This document shows positions 1 to 8,676 of a DNA stretch of 46,210 bases, piece after piece. Origin of the DNA: an uncultured Actinomycetes bacterium (GTDB lineage Bacteria; Actinomycetota; UBA4738; HRBIN12). Below the pieces are notes generated by a model. The model did no database searches and was not told where the DNA came from. It worked only from the letters and a program-made list of their open reading frames with translations. The DNA is taken from NCBI GenBank assembly GCA_964640965.1, contig CAZXJB010000002.1, positions 1 to 46,210 on the forward strand, written 5' to 3'. The translations under genes were made by a program, and so were the position numbers. Numbering within the stretch: the first letter of the stretch is position 1; every line of letters begins with the position of its first letter.

Positions 1-1584
1 GAGGGCGTCGGCGACGCGGGGCTCGGCCAGGGCCGCCGCGGCCACGCGCTCCAGGCGCACGAGCGCCGCGTCGGGCCGGGCCCCGAGCGCCAGGGCCGGG
101 GCCATGACGGGGAACACGTGCGCGAGCACCGCCCCGAGCCGGCTCGCCGGATCGACGAGCCGCCGCAGCACCTCGTAGGAGCCTGCGGGGTCCGCGAACC
201 CGAGCCCCTCGAGCAGCTCGATCGTCGCCTCCCGGTCCACCCCCGGCCGGGGTGGGGCGGGCCCGGCGAAGGCCTCGAGGAGCGGGCGGTAGAACAGACG
301 CTCGTGCAGCCCTCGGACGAGGGCGGTCACCCGCTCGTACTCGGCCGCGAGCGCGCCCGCGTCGGGCAGGCCCATCGAGCGGGCGAGGCGCGTGCGTGCG
401 GCCGCGTCCTGGGGCAGCTCGTGGGTGCGCAGATCCCGGGCCATCTGCAGCCGGTGCTCGAGGGTCCGCAGGAAGCGGTACGCCTCGGCGAGCGCCTCGG
501 CGTCCTCCTCGGCGACGTAGCCGTGGGCCGCGAGCGCCGCGAGCGCGCGCAGGGTGTTCGGCTCGCGCAGCCGCTCGTCGCGTCGACCGTGCACGATCTG
601 CAGGAGCTGCACGGCGAACTCCACGTCGCGGATCCCGCCCCATCCGCGCTTGACCTCCGTGGCGGCGCGGCCGCGGGCCCGCACGTACTCCTCCAGGCGC
701 ACCTTCGTGCGGCGGACCTCGTCGATCGCGGCGGGCGGCAGGTGCTCCGGGTAGACGAACGGCGCGACCGCCTCGACGAAGGCCGCCCCAAGCTCCAGGT
801 CCCCCGCGACGGGCCGCGCCCGGATCAGCGCCTGACGCTCCCAGACCGCGGCCTGCTCCGCGTAGTACGCGCGCATCGCCTCGAGAGAGCGGCTGAGCGC
901 GCCGGCGCGCCCGCCCGGCCGCAGCGTGGGGTCCACCCGCAGCGCGATGCCCGCCTCGGTGGGTTGGGAGAGCAGCCGGATGAGCTCGGCCGCCCGGCGC
1001 TCGGCCTCCTCCTGAGGACCCGCGCCGGAGCCGGCGTGGACGAAGAGCAGGTCGACGTCGCTCGCGTAGTTGAGCTCGGCGCCGCCGAGCTTGCCGAGGG
1101 CCACGACCGCGAGCCCCTCGGGCGCGGCGACGCGACAGGCGAACGCGAGGCAGGTCTCCGCGACCGCGCTGATCTCCGCGACCACCTCCTCGAAGGGGGC
1201 GCCCGAGAGGTCCCGGGCCGCCACCCGCAGCATCGCCCTCCGTCGGAACCGCCGGAGCCCGTCCTCCGGCCCGAGGCGCGCGGCGTCGGCCGCGAGCTCG
1301 GCCTCGAGCTCCTCGCGCGAGCGCGGGCGCACGTCCGCGAGGGCGGCCGTCTCCTCGGGGTGGCGCACCAAGAGGTCCGCGGCGGCGGTGGAGAAGCCCA
1401 GGACCCGCACCGCGACCGGGAGCACGTCGGCGCGCTCGAGGATCGCCCGCGCCCGGGGGTCCTCCCCCACCCGCGAGAGCGCGACGCGCGCGAGCTCGGG
1501 GTCGGGCGCGGCCGCGAGGGCGCGGCCGAGCTCCTCCGGCGTCGAGACCTCGCGCACGTCGGCATCGTAGGGCCGGAAGTTCAC
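1..1584 (-). CDS. glnE: glutamine synthetase adenylyltransferase GlnE, N-terminal ~528 codons (gene runs off the left edge)
   Basis: Absent from the ORF track because the frame is open to position 1. My translation of the minus strand (codon tops at multiples of 3) gives AVVALGKLGGAELNYASDVDLLFVH (GlnE nucleotidyltransferase motif, around 1050-1110) and VDREATIELLEGLGFADPAGSYEVLRRL (around 150-240). GC3 is very high. The probable start is GTG at 1584 (VNFRPYDADVREV). Divergent from glnA. Confidence 0.85.
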   Translation of the reverse strand, partial: MNFRPYDADVREVSTPEELGRALAAAPDPELARVALSRVGEDPRARAILERADVLPVAVRVLGFSTAAADLLVRHPEETAALADVRPRSREELEAELAADAARLGPEDGLRRFRRRAMLRVAARDLSGAPFEEVVAEISAVAETCLAFACRVAAPEGLAVVALGKLGGAELNYASDVDLLFVHAGSGAGPQEEAERRAAELIRLLSQPTEAGIALRVDPTLRPGGRAGALSRSLEAMRAYYAEQAAVWERQALIRARPVAGDLELGAAFVEAVAPFVYPEHLPPAAIDEVRRTKVRLEEYVRARGRAATEVKRGWGGIRDVEFAVQLLQIVHGRRDERLREPNTLRALAALAAHGYVAEEDAEALAEAYRFLRTLEHRLQMARDLRTHELPQDAAARTRLARSMGLPDAGALAAEYERVTALVRGLHERLFYRPLLEAFAGPAPPRPGVDREATIELLEGLGFADPAGSYEVLRRLVDPASRLGAVLAHVFPVMAPALALGARPDAALVRLERVAAAALAEPRVADAL

Positions 1585-1686
1585 GCGCGTGTAACCGAAG
1601 CGGCCCGCGGCTCGGGTAGCCTCGACGCCGAGCGACCCGGCCCGTGGAGCGGCCGCCGGGCCGCGGGACCGTCGAGCGAAGGAGCG

Positions 1687-3021
1687 ATGCCGATGCCGCT
1701 GTCCGCCGAAGCCGAGTACGTCCTGCGCACCGTCGAGGAGCGCGGGATCCGGTTCATCCGCCTGTGGTTCACCGACGTCCTCGGGTTCCTCAAGGCCTTC
1801 ACGATCACCTCGCAGGAGCTCGAGGGGGCCTTCGCCGAGGGGATGGGGTTCGACGGGTCCTCGATCGATGGGTTCTCGCGGATCGAGGAGTCCGACATGG
1901 TCGCCGTCCCCGACCCGAGCACCTTCCAGATGATCCCCTGGAGGACCGAGGCCCAGGTCGCGCGGATGTTCTGTGACGTGCTGAACCCCGACGGCACCCC
2001 CTTCGAAGGCGACCCGCGGTACGTCCTGAAGCGCCAGCTCCAGCGCGCGGCCGACCTCGGCTTCACGTTCTACGTCGGCCCCGAGCTCGAGTACTTCTAC
2101 TTCCGCAGCCTCGAGGACCCCAGGTTCCTGGACCAGAGCGGCTACTTCGACGAGACGCCGCTCGACGTCGCGACGGACTGGCGCAAGCGCACCGTGGCGT
2201 ACCTCGAGTCGATGGGGATCCCCGTCGAGTACGTCCACCACGAGGTCGCCCCGAGCCAGCACGAGATCGACCTGCGCTACGCCGACGCGCTCACGATGGC
2301 GGACAACGTCATGACCTACCGCCTCACGGTCAAGGAGGTCGCGCAGGAGTTCGGGATCTACGCCACGTTCATGCCGAAGCCGGTCATGGGCGTGAACGGG
2401 AGCGGGATGCACACGCATCAGTCGCTGTTCGCCGGCGACCGCAACGCGTTCTTCGACCCGGACGACGAGTACCACCTCTCGACGGTCGCCAAGCGCTACA
2501 TCGCGGGGATCCTGGAGCACGCGCCCGAGATCACCCTCGTGACCAACCAGTGGGTGAACTCCTACAAGCGCCTCGTCCCGGGCTTCGAGGCCCCCGTGTA
2601 CATCTGCTGGGCGCGCCGGAACCGCAGCGCGCTCGTGCGGGTGCCGATGTACAAGCCGGGCAAGGAGCAGGCCACGCGGATCGAGTTCCGCTCGCCGGAC
2701 CCGGCGTGCAACCCGTACCTCGCGTTCGCGGTCATGCTCGCCGCGGGCCTCGACGGCATCGAGCGCGAGCTCGAGCTGCCCCCGGAGGCCTCGAACAACA
2801 TCTACGAGATGACCGAGGAGGAGCGCCGCGCCGCCGGGATCCGCTCGCTCCCCGAGGACCTGTACGAGGCCATCGAGCTCGCCGGCCCGTCGAAGCTGCT
2901 GCGCGAGGCGCTCGGCGAGCACGTGCACGAGTTCCTGATCCGCAACAAGCGGGAGGAGTGGGACGCCTACAAGGCCTACGTGACGCCCTACGAGCTCGAG
3001 CGGTACCTGCCGATCCTCTAG
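1687..3021 (+). CDS. glnA: glutamine synthetase type I
   Basis: C-terminal 444 aa of track ORF 118..3021; the upstream part of that ORF is antisense to glnE. ATG at 1687 is preceded by GAAGGAG at 1678-1684. Sequence MPMPLSAEAEYVLRTVEERGIRFIRLWFTDVLG, NGSGMHTHQSLF, and a possible adenylylation Tyr in SNNIYEMTEEE. Confidence 0.95.
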   Translation: MPMPLSAEAEYVLRTVEERGIRFIRLWFTDVLGFLKAFTITSQELEGAFAEGMGFDGSSIDGFSRIEESDMVAVPDPSTFQMIPWRTEAQVARMFCDVLNPDGTPFEGDPRYVLKRQLQRAADLGFTFYVGPELEYFYFRSLEDPRFLDQSGYFDETPLDVATDWRKRTVAYLESMGIPVEYVHHEVAPSQHEIDLRYADALTMADNVMTYRLTVKEVAQEFGIYATFMPKPVMGVNGSGMHTHQSLFAGDRNAFFDPDDEYHLSTVAKRYIAGILEHAPEITLVTNQWVNSYKRLVPGFEAPVYICWARRNRSALVRVPMYKPGKEQATRIEFRSPDPACNPYLAFAVMLAAGLDGIERELELPPEASNNIYEMTEEERRAAGIRSLPEDLYEAIELAGPSKLLREALGEHVHEFLIRNKREEWDAYKAYVTPYELERYLPIL

Positions 3022-3025
3022 CGAC

Positions 3026-3048
3026 CCGCCCGCGCGGCGCACGGGCGG
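3026..3048 (+). terminator. hairpin after glnA (CCGCCCG-9 nt-CGGGCGG), no T-tract
   Basis: Perfect 7-bp inverted repeat 5 nt after the glnA stop. Weak as an intrinsic terminator because no U-run follows. Confidence 0.3.
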
Positions 3049-3126
3049 CGTCCCGGTGCGCCGGAGCGGCGGCTGGCGCGGAGGGCGCGGTGTCGGCTAT
3101 CGTCGGCGCTCTCGGAGGAGCCACGG

Positions 3127-3630
3127 ATGAGCGAGCAGAGCGAGCGGACGGACGAGGAGCGCGGGGAGCACGGGGAGGAGCTCACCCCCACCCTGGCCGA
3201 GGCGCGCCGGCGTCGGGCCGACCTCCACCACGCCCTCGTCGAGGTGGAGGAGGCGATCTCGGGCCCGGCCGTGGGCCGCGAGCCTTTGTGGACCCAGGAG
3301 GTCGTCGCGGCCCTGTCGAGGCTCCGCGAGACCATCGAGGAGCACATCGAGGTCACGGAGCGCACCGACGGCCTCTACGACGAGATCCTCCACAAGGCCC
3401 CCCGTCTGGCGACGGCGGTGCAGCGCCTCCGCGACGAGCACCCCGTCCTGCGGGACACCACCTCCGAGCTCATGGCGAAGCTGCGGACCACCCCGATCGG
3501 GACGACCTGGACGCTCGAGGACGCCCGCGACGAGGTCCAGCGCCTGCTCGGCCGCATCGTGAAGCACCGCCAGGCCGGCGCCGACCTCGTGTGGGAGGCG
3601 TACAACCTGGACATCGGCGGCCTCGAGTAG
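3127..3630 (+). CDS. hypothetical all-helical protein (possibly a hemerythrin-like four-helix bundle; unverified)
   Basis: 167-aa ORF with high GC3 and GGAGGAG upstream at 3114-3120. Repeated H/E-rich helices (LHHALVEVEE, EEHIEVTE, KHRQAGADL). The family assignment is only a guess. Confidence 0.6.
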   Translation: MSEQSERTDEERGEHGEELTPTLAEARRRRADLHHALVEVEEAISGPAVGREPLWTQEVVAALSRLRETIEEHIEVTERTDGLYDEILHKAPRLATAVQRLRDEHPVLRDTTSELMAKLRTTPIGTTWTLEDARDEVQRLLGRIVKHRQAGADLVWEAYNLDIGGLE

Positions 3631-3714
3631 CCGCCTCGAGCAACCGCCCCACGCGGCGGACCGGAGGAGCCGCCCACGGACCGACGCGAGCCCGTCCGCG
3701 GGCGGGGATACCCT

Positions 3715-5373
3715 GTGCGCATGCGGATCGCGCTCGGGCAGGTGAACACCACCGTCGGCGACCTCGAGGGCAACGTCGACCTGCTCGCCTCCTGGGCCGC
3801 CCGGGCGACCGAGGCGGGGGCCGAGCTCGTCTGCTTCCCCGAGCTCGCGATCGCCGGCTACCCGCCCGAGGACCTCGTCCTGCGGCCGGAGTTCGTCCGC
3901 GACAACCTCGAGGCCCTGGACGAGCTCGCCCGCCGGACCGCCCACGGCTGCGCCGTCGTGGTCGGCTTCATCGACCGCAGCGAGCGGGGGGTGCACAACG
4001 CCGCCGCGCTCCTGCGGGAGGGGCGGGTCGTCGCCCGCTACCGCAAGATCAAGCTGCCCAACTACGGCGTGTTCGACGAGCGCCGGTACTTCGAGCCGGG
4101 CCGCGCCGGCTGCACGGTGGAGCTCGGCCACGCGCGCATCGGCCTGTCGGTGTGCGAGGACGCCTGGGCCCCGGGCCCGCCGTTCGACGCCTACGCGGCC
4201 GAGCGCGTGCGGCTCGTCGTGAACATCAACGGCTCCCCGTACCACCGCGGCAAGACCTCGGAGCGCCTGCGGGTCACGGCCGCGCGGGCCCGCGAGACCG
4301 GGGCGTGGATCGCCTACGTGAACGCCGTCGGCGGCCAGGACGAGCTCGTGTTCGACGGCGGGTCGATGCTCGTCGCGCCGACGGGCGAGCTCGTCCACGC
4401 CGCCACGATGTTCACCGAGGACCTCCTGCTCGTCGAGCTGCAGGACCTGCGCGGCGGGGGCACCTGGGCGGTCGCGACCGGTCCCGAGCGCGCCCCGTGG
4501 CCGACCGGCCCGGAGGAGGTCTACCGGGCGCTCGCCCTCGGCCTGCGGGACTACGTGCGCAAGAACGGGTTCGCGGAGGTCGTGCTCGGCCTCTCGGGCG
4601 GCATCGACTCGGCCCTCACGGCGACCCTGGCCGCCGACGCGCTCGGCGCCGGGGCGGTGCACGCGCTCGCGATGCCCTCGCGGTACTCCTCGCCCGAGAG
4701 CCTCGAGGACGCCGCCGAGGTCGCGCGGCGGCTCGGCATCCGCCTCGACGTCGTCTCGATCGAGGAGACCTTCGCGGCCTACCTGCGCGCCCTGGAGCCG
4801 CTGTTCGCCGGGACCGAGCCCGGGGTGGCCGAGGAGAACATCCAGGCCAGGATCCGCGGCAACCTGCTCATGGCGCTGTCGAACAAGCGCGGTGGTCTCG
4901 TCCTCGCCACCGGGAACAAGAGCGAGTACGCGGTCGGGTACTCGACGCTCTACGGCGACATGGCGGGCGGGTTCGCGCCGATCAAGGACGTCCCGAAGAC
5001 GCTGGTGTACGAGCTCGCGCGCTGGCGGAACGCGCGCGGGGGAACGCCCCCGATCCCCGAGCGGGTGCTCACCAAGCCCCCCTCGGCCGAGCTGCGACCG
5101 AACCAGCGGGACACCGACTCGCTCCCCCCGTACGAGGTGCTCGACCCCATCATCGAGGCCTACGTCGAGCACGACCTCGGGCCCGAGGAGATCGTCGCCG
5201 CCGGCCACGACCCGACCGTCGTCGAGCGGGTGGTCGCGATGATCGACCGGGCCGAGTACAAGCGGCGCCAGGCCGCCCCCGGCATCAAGATCACGCCGCG
5301 CGCCTTCGGGAAGGACCGGCGGATGCCGATCACGAACCGGTACCGCCGCGACCGGCGGAGCGCCGCCCAGTGA
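3715..5373 (+). CDS. nadE: glutamine-dependent NAD+ synthetase
   Basis: N-terminal CN-hydrolase domain (MRIALGQVNTTVGDLEGN, FPELAIAGYPPEDL, SVCEDAW) plus a C-terminal NAD synthetase PP-loop (GLSGGIDSAL). Start is GTG 3715 or ATG 3721. Confidence 0.93.
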   Translation: MRMRIALGQVNTTVGDLEGNVDLLASWAARATEAGAELVCFPELAIAGYPPEDLVLRPEFVRDNLEALDELARRTAHGCAVVVGFIDRSERGVHNAAALLREGRVVARYRKIKLPNYGVFDERRYFEPGRAGCTVELGHARIGLSVCEDAWAPGPPFDAYAAERVRLVVNINGSPYHRGKTSERLRVTAARARETGAWIAYVNAVGGQDELVFDGGSMLVAPTGELVHAATMFTEDLLLVELQDLRGGGTWAVATGPERAPWPTGPEEVYRALALGLRDYVRKNGFAEVVLGLSGGIDSALTATLAADALGAGAVHALAMPSRYSSPESLEDAAEVARRLGIRLDVVSIEETFAAYLRALEPLFAGTEPGVAEENIQARIRGNLLMALSNKRGGLVLATGNKSEYAVGYSTLYGDMAGGFAPIKDVPKTLVYELARWRNARGGTPPIPERVLTKPPSAELRPNQRDTDSLPPYEVLDPIIEAYVEHDLGPEEIVAAGHDPTVVERVVAMIDRAEYKRRQAAPGIKITPRAFGKDRRMPITNRYRRDRRSAAQ

Positions 5374-5376
5374 GGC

Positions 5377-5397
5377 GCTCCGCCGGCGCGGCGGAGC
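5377..5397. terminator. bidirectional hairpin between convergent nadE and the SIMPL gene
   Basis: GCTCCGCCG-GCG-CGGCGGAGC, a perfect 9-bp stem. It fills the 24-nt gap between the two stop codons (5371-5373 and 5398-5400). Confidence 0.5.
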
Positions 5398-6117
5398 TCA
5401 GACCAACTCCCAGGTGACGGTGACCGAGACCTGGGTCTCGATCGTCGGCGGCTCGATCGGCGGGGCCGCGCCCGCCGCCTCCGCGACGCCGTAGTCCCGG
5501 TACACCGGACCGGGGAACGGCGCGCCCGTCTCGGTCACGGACACGACGGCGCCGAGCCCGGCGCCCGAGGCCTCGGCGAGCGCGAGCGCCTTCTCGCGCG
5601 CGTCCGCGACCGCCTCGGCCAGGGCTCGCTCGACCCCGGCGCCCTCGTCGGACAGGCCGAACGCGATGCCGCTCGTGAGGTTCGCGCCCGCCTCGACCGC
5701 GACGTCGATCACGCGCCCCACGGCCTGCATCGAGCGGACGGTCACGCTCACCTGGTTCTCCGCGACGTACCCCTCGATCCCGATGCCGTTCGCGTCGTAC
5801 TGGGGATACAGGCTCACCCACGCCGTGGCGATGTCGTCGGCCGCCACGCCCTCGGCGCGCACGGCGGCGATGACCTCGCGCATCCGGTTCGCGTTGTCGC
5901 GCATCGCGGCCTCCGCGGTCATGGCACGGGTCTGGACCCCGAGCGTCACCGTCGCCTCGTCGGGCTGCGAGCGGACCGTCGCCGCGCCCGAGACCGTCAC
6001 CGTCCGCCGGGCCGTCTCCGGCCCGGGCGAGGCGTCCTGCGCGAGCGAGGGCAGCGCGAGCGCCACCGCCGCCCCGAGCGCGATCCCCGCGAGCGTGCCC
6101 TTCAGGTTCTGCTTCAT
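5398..6117 (-). CDS. secreted SIMPL/DUF541-family protein
   Basis: Signal peptide MKQNLKGTLAGIALGAAVALALPSLAQ. The body, RTVTVSGAATVRSQPDEATVTLGV...ETQVSVTVTWEL, is typical of 26-kDa periplasmic immunogenic protein/SIMPL. SD GGAGGTAGGAG lies upstream. Confidence 0.85.
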   Translation of the reverse strand: MKQNLKGTLAGIALGAAVALALPSLAQDASPGPETARRTVTVSGAATVRSQPDEATVTLGVQTRAMTAEAAMRDNANRMREVIAAVRAEGVAADDIATAWVSLYPQYDANGIGIEGYVAENQVSVTVRSMQAVGRVIDVAVEAGANLTSGIAFGLSDEGAGVERALAEAVADAREKALALAEASGAGLGAVVSVTETGAPFPGPVYRDYGVAEAAGAAPPIEPPTIETQVSVTVTWELV

Positions 6118-6129
6118 CGCTCCTACCTC

Positions 6130-6191
6130 CGCGGGCCGGGTCGGCCCGCCTGCCCTCGGACGCGGGCCGGGTCGGCCCGCCTGCCGTCGGA
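6130..6191. repeat. 31-bp tandem direct repeat x2 (plus a degenerate partial third copy)
   Basis: Unit CGCGGGCCGGGTCGGCCCGCCTGCC[C/G]TCGGA at 6130-6160 and 6161-6191, with a single mismatch (6155 vs 6186). Each unit holds a GGGCCG-GGT-CGGCCC hairpin. Confidence 0.85.
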
Positions 6192-6228
6192 CGCTCCCGC
6201 GCGGGCCCGGGGTTCCCTACACTTCGGG

Positions 6229-6303
6229 GGGGCGGTAGCTCAGCCTGGTCAGAGCAGGGGGCTTTTAACCCTCGTGTCGCGGGTTCGAATCCTGCCCGCC
6301 CCA
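6229..6303 (+). tRNA. tRNA-Lys (anticodon TTT)
   Basis: Hand-folded cloverleaf: acceptor GGGGCGG/CCGCCCC, D-arm GCTC..GAGC, anticodon arm GGGGG-CTTTTAA-CCCTC, T-arm GCGGG-TTCGAAT-CCTGC, discriminator A. CCA is not encoded. Confidence 0.9.
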
Positions 6304-6360
6304 CGTGGACGAGGCGGCCTCAGCCGTGCACCGCGGGCGCCGATACCTTAGGGTGCAACC

Positions 6361-8301
6361 ATGCTGAGGCTCCTCGGGGTGACGTTGGCCGGCGCGATCC
6401 TGCTCGGGCTCGTCCTGCGCGGGCGGCTCGCGCGCCTGGCCGCCGTGCGGTTCCGCGCCCCGTGGCTCGGGCTCCTCGGGGTGGCGCTGCAGCTGCCGAC
6501 GGTCTCGGGCACGGCGGGCGACCTGCTCCTGCTCGCCTCCTTCGGCTGCCTGCTCGCGGTCGTCCTGCTGAACGTCCGCCAACCGGGGTTCGCGCTGGTG
6601 CTCCTCGGCCTCTCGCTCAACCTCGTCGTCATCGGCGTCAACCGCGGGATGCCGGTCAGCCGCGAGGCCATCTTCGCCTCGGGCCAGGCCTCGACCCTGG
6701 CCGAGCTCCGCGGGACCGACTCGGCCAAGCACCACCTCATGGGACCGGAGGACCGGCTCACGTTCCTCGGCGACGTCATCGCGATCGGGCCCCCGATCCG
6801 TCAGGCCGTGAGCGCGGGCGACCTCGCCGCCCTCCTCGGCATCGGCTGGTTCGTCGTGGGCGCGATGCGCCGCCGCCCGGCGACCGCGCCGCTCGAGCCG
6901 GTCCCGGTCGAAGCCGACCCGCCGGCGCTCGAGCTGCTCGAGCCGACCGCGCCCCCCGTCGAGACGCTGGTGCCGACCGCGCACCCGCCCGAGGGAGCGC
7001 TCGCGCGCTACCGGCGGGTGCTGCGGCACCGTGACTTCCGGCTCCTGCTCGCGGCCCAGACCCTCACGATGATCGGCGACGTCGCCCTCGTGCTCGTGCT
7101 CGGCATCTGGGTGAAGTCCCTGACCGGATCGAGCGGCCTGGCCGGGTGGACCTTCGTGCTCTACACGGTGCCGGCGCTCGTCGTGCCGCTCGCCGGACCG
7201 ACCATCGACCGCCTGCCGAGGCGCCGGGTCATGATCGCGACGGACCTCGTCACGATGGCGGTGGCGCTCAGCCTGCTCCTCGTGCGGGACGAGCGGACCG
7301 TCTGGCTGATCTACGTCGTCGCCTTCCTCTACGGGGCGCTCCAGATCGTGTTCTTCGCGGCCCGCTCGGGCCTGCTCGTCTCGATGCTGCCCGCCGAGGA
7401 CCTCGCGGAGGCGAACGGCATGCTCGAGTCGCTCCGCAACGGCCTGCGGATCGTCGGGCCCCTCGCGGGCGCCGGGCTGTTCTCGCTCTGGGGCGGCGGC
7501 GCCGTCGCGGTCCTGGACGCCTCGGCCTTCGTGCTCTCGGCCGCGATCCTCTCGCGGATCCGCGCCCGCGACCTCGAGCCCCCCGAGGGCCCACGGGAGA
7601 GCCCCCTCGCCGAGCTCACCGCCGGCGCCCGCCACATCGTGCGCACGATGGATCTGCGGCGGGTCGTCTTCTACACCGCGGCGGTGCTCATCGTGCTTGG
7701 GATCGTCGAGGTGGCGGTCTTCGGCCTCATCGACCAGGGACTTCGGCGGCCACCGGCGTTCCTCGGCGTCCTCTCGACGCTCGAGGGCGCCGGCGCGGTC
7801 GCGGGCGGGGTCATGGCCGCCGGGGTGATGGCCCGGCTCGGGGAGGTCCGTCTGGCCGCCGCCGCGATCGCCGGCTTCGGCCTCGCCGTGGCGCTCGACG
7901 CGACCGCGGTCCTGCCGATCGTCGTCGCCGGGTCCCTGCTCGTCGGCGTCTTCGTCGCCTTCTACTTCGTCGCCTACCAGACGCTGCTCCAGCGCCGCAC
8001 GCCGGTCGACCTGCAAGGCCGCGTGTTCACCGCCTCCGAGGCCATCACGACCGCGCCCTACTCGATCTCGATCGGGATCGGGGCGCTGCTCATCGACGCG
8101 GTCGGGTTCCGCGCCCTGTACCTCGCCACGACGGCGGCCTGCCTGCTCGGCGGGGGGCTCCTGTACCGAGCGGCCTCGAGCTCGGGGGTCGAGGCTCGGC
8201 CCGAGCCGGGGCTCGCGGAGGGGCGCGGAGCGTCGGGTGAGCGTGAGGGAGGGCGCGAGCAGGGCCCCGAGGCGCGACCCGACGTCGCCGAGCTCGGGTA
8301 G
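6361..8301 (+). CDS. fusion of an N-terminal multi-TM module (DUF5317-like, from memory) with a 12-TM MFS transporter (EntS/MFS_3-like)
   Basis: Residues 1-~170 are hydrophobic helices ending in GDLAALLGIGWFVVGAMRRRP. An Ala/Pro linker follows. Then YRRVLRHRDFRLLLAAQTLTMIGD...DRLPRRRVMIATDL, a typical MFS. Confidence 0.8.
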   Translation: MLRLLGVTLAGAILLGLVLRGRLARLAAVRFRAPWLGLLGVALQLPTVSGTAGDLLLLASFGCLLAVVLLNVRQPGFALVLLGLSLNLVVIGVNRGMPVSREAIFASGQASTLAELRGTDSAKHHLMGPEDRLTFLGDVIAIGPPIRQAVSAGDLAALLGIGWFVVGAMRRRPATAPLEPVPVEADPPALELLEPTAPPVETLVPTAHPPEGALARYRRVLRHRDFRLLLAAQTLTMIGDVALVLVLGIWVKSLTGSSGLAGWTFVLYTVPALVVPLAGPTIDRLPRRRVMIATDLVTMAVALSLLLVRDERTVWLIYVVAFLYGALQIVFFAARSGLLVSMLPAEDLAEANGMLESLRNGLRIVGPLAGAGLFSLWGGGAVAVLDASAFVLSAAILSRIRARDLEPPEGPRESPLAELTAGARHIVRTMDLRRVVFYTAAVLIVLGIVEVAVFGLIDQGLRRPPAFLGVLSTLEGAGAVAGGVMAAGVMARLGEVRLAAAAIAGFGLAVALDATAVLPIVVAGSLLVGVFVAFYFVAYQTLLQRRTPVDLQGRVFTASEAITTAPYSISIGIGALLIDAVGFRALYLATTAACLLGGGLLYRAASSSGVEARPEPGLAEGRGASGEREGGREQGPEARPDVAELG

Positions 8302-8310
8302 CGTGCCAGG

Positions 8311-8676
8311 GTGCGCACGGAGCTGCTCCTCGGGGACCGCGGGAGCCGCCTGACGGTCCGGGTGGCGGAGACGCGGCGGGAGCGGATGCGGGGTCTGCTG
8401 GGGTCGGTGCCCCTCGCGCCCGGGACCGGGCTCCTCCTCGAGCGGACGCGCTCGATCCACACGGTCGGGATGCGCTGGACGATCACGGTGGGGCTCCTCG
8501 ACCGCGACCTCCGGGTCCTCGCCGTGCTCCGGGTCCCGCCGAACCGGGTGGTGCCGCCTCGGCGCGGGGTCCGGCACGTGCTCGAGCTCGGGCCGGCGGC
8601 GGAGGCGGAGCTCATCGTCGGCGAGGTGCTACGGCCGGCGGGGGAACCGAGGCCGGCCGCCGCGTCAACCCGTTGA
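8311..8676 (+). CDS. DUF192 (COG1430) family protein
   Basis: VAETRRERMRGLLG...GLLLERTRSIHTVGMRWTITVGLLDRDLRVLAV matches the A-x-T...R-x-x-GL...HT-x-GM pattern of DUF192. GTG start. The stop codon lies inside the repeat palindrome. Confidence 0.75.
   Translation: MRTELLLGDRGSRLTVRVAETRRERMRGLLGSVPLAPGTGLLLERTRSIHTVGMRWTITVGLLDRDLRVLAVLRVPPNRVVPPRRGVRHVLELGPAAEAELIVGEVLRPAGEPRPAAASTR

Noticed and set aside
118-1686. N-terminal 523 codons of track ORF 118..3021, which would make a 967-aa glutamine synthetase.
   Set aside because: This part is antisense to a clearly recognisable glnE frame. It is Arg/Gly/Pro-rich with no GS similarity. A good SD and ATG at 1687 give a normal 444-aa GlnA.
2550-5417. 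Very long alternate-frame ORFs. Examples: 2550..5417, 3097..5208, 6265..8577, 9745..11298, 11631..13028, 22147..24867, 24836..26092, 25708..27450, 27158..28741, 32548..34113, 35722..37467, 37807..39138, 40483..41889.
   Set aside because: These are typical high-GC artefacts. Their composition is extremely rich in Arg, Pro, Gly and Ala. They overlap genes with unambiguous family signatures in another frame or strand. One runs through a tRNA.
6130-6191. Short tandem repeats (31-bp x2 here; 18-bp x2.8 at 35131-35180; 11-bp x2 at 20614-20637) as possible CRISPR arrays.
   Set aside because: The units are directly adjacent or 2 nt apart with no unique spacers. There are only 2-3 copies and no cas genes.
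6339-6346. GCCGATAC boxes upstream of the MFS gene (6339-6346) and the orphan receiver (16900-16907) as canonical sigma-28 -10 elements.
   Set aside because: Each is close to a start codon in the sense orientation, which is suggestive. Neither has the conserved upstream box at the fixed spacing; the best is CCTCAG at N15 for the MFS gene. Reported only as weak notes within findings, not as features.
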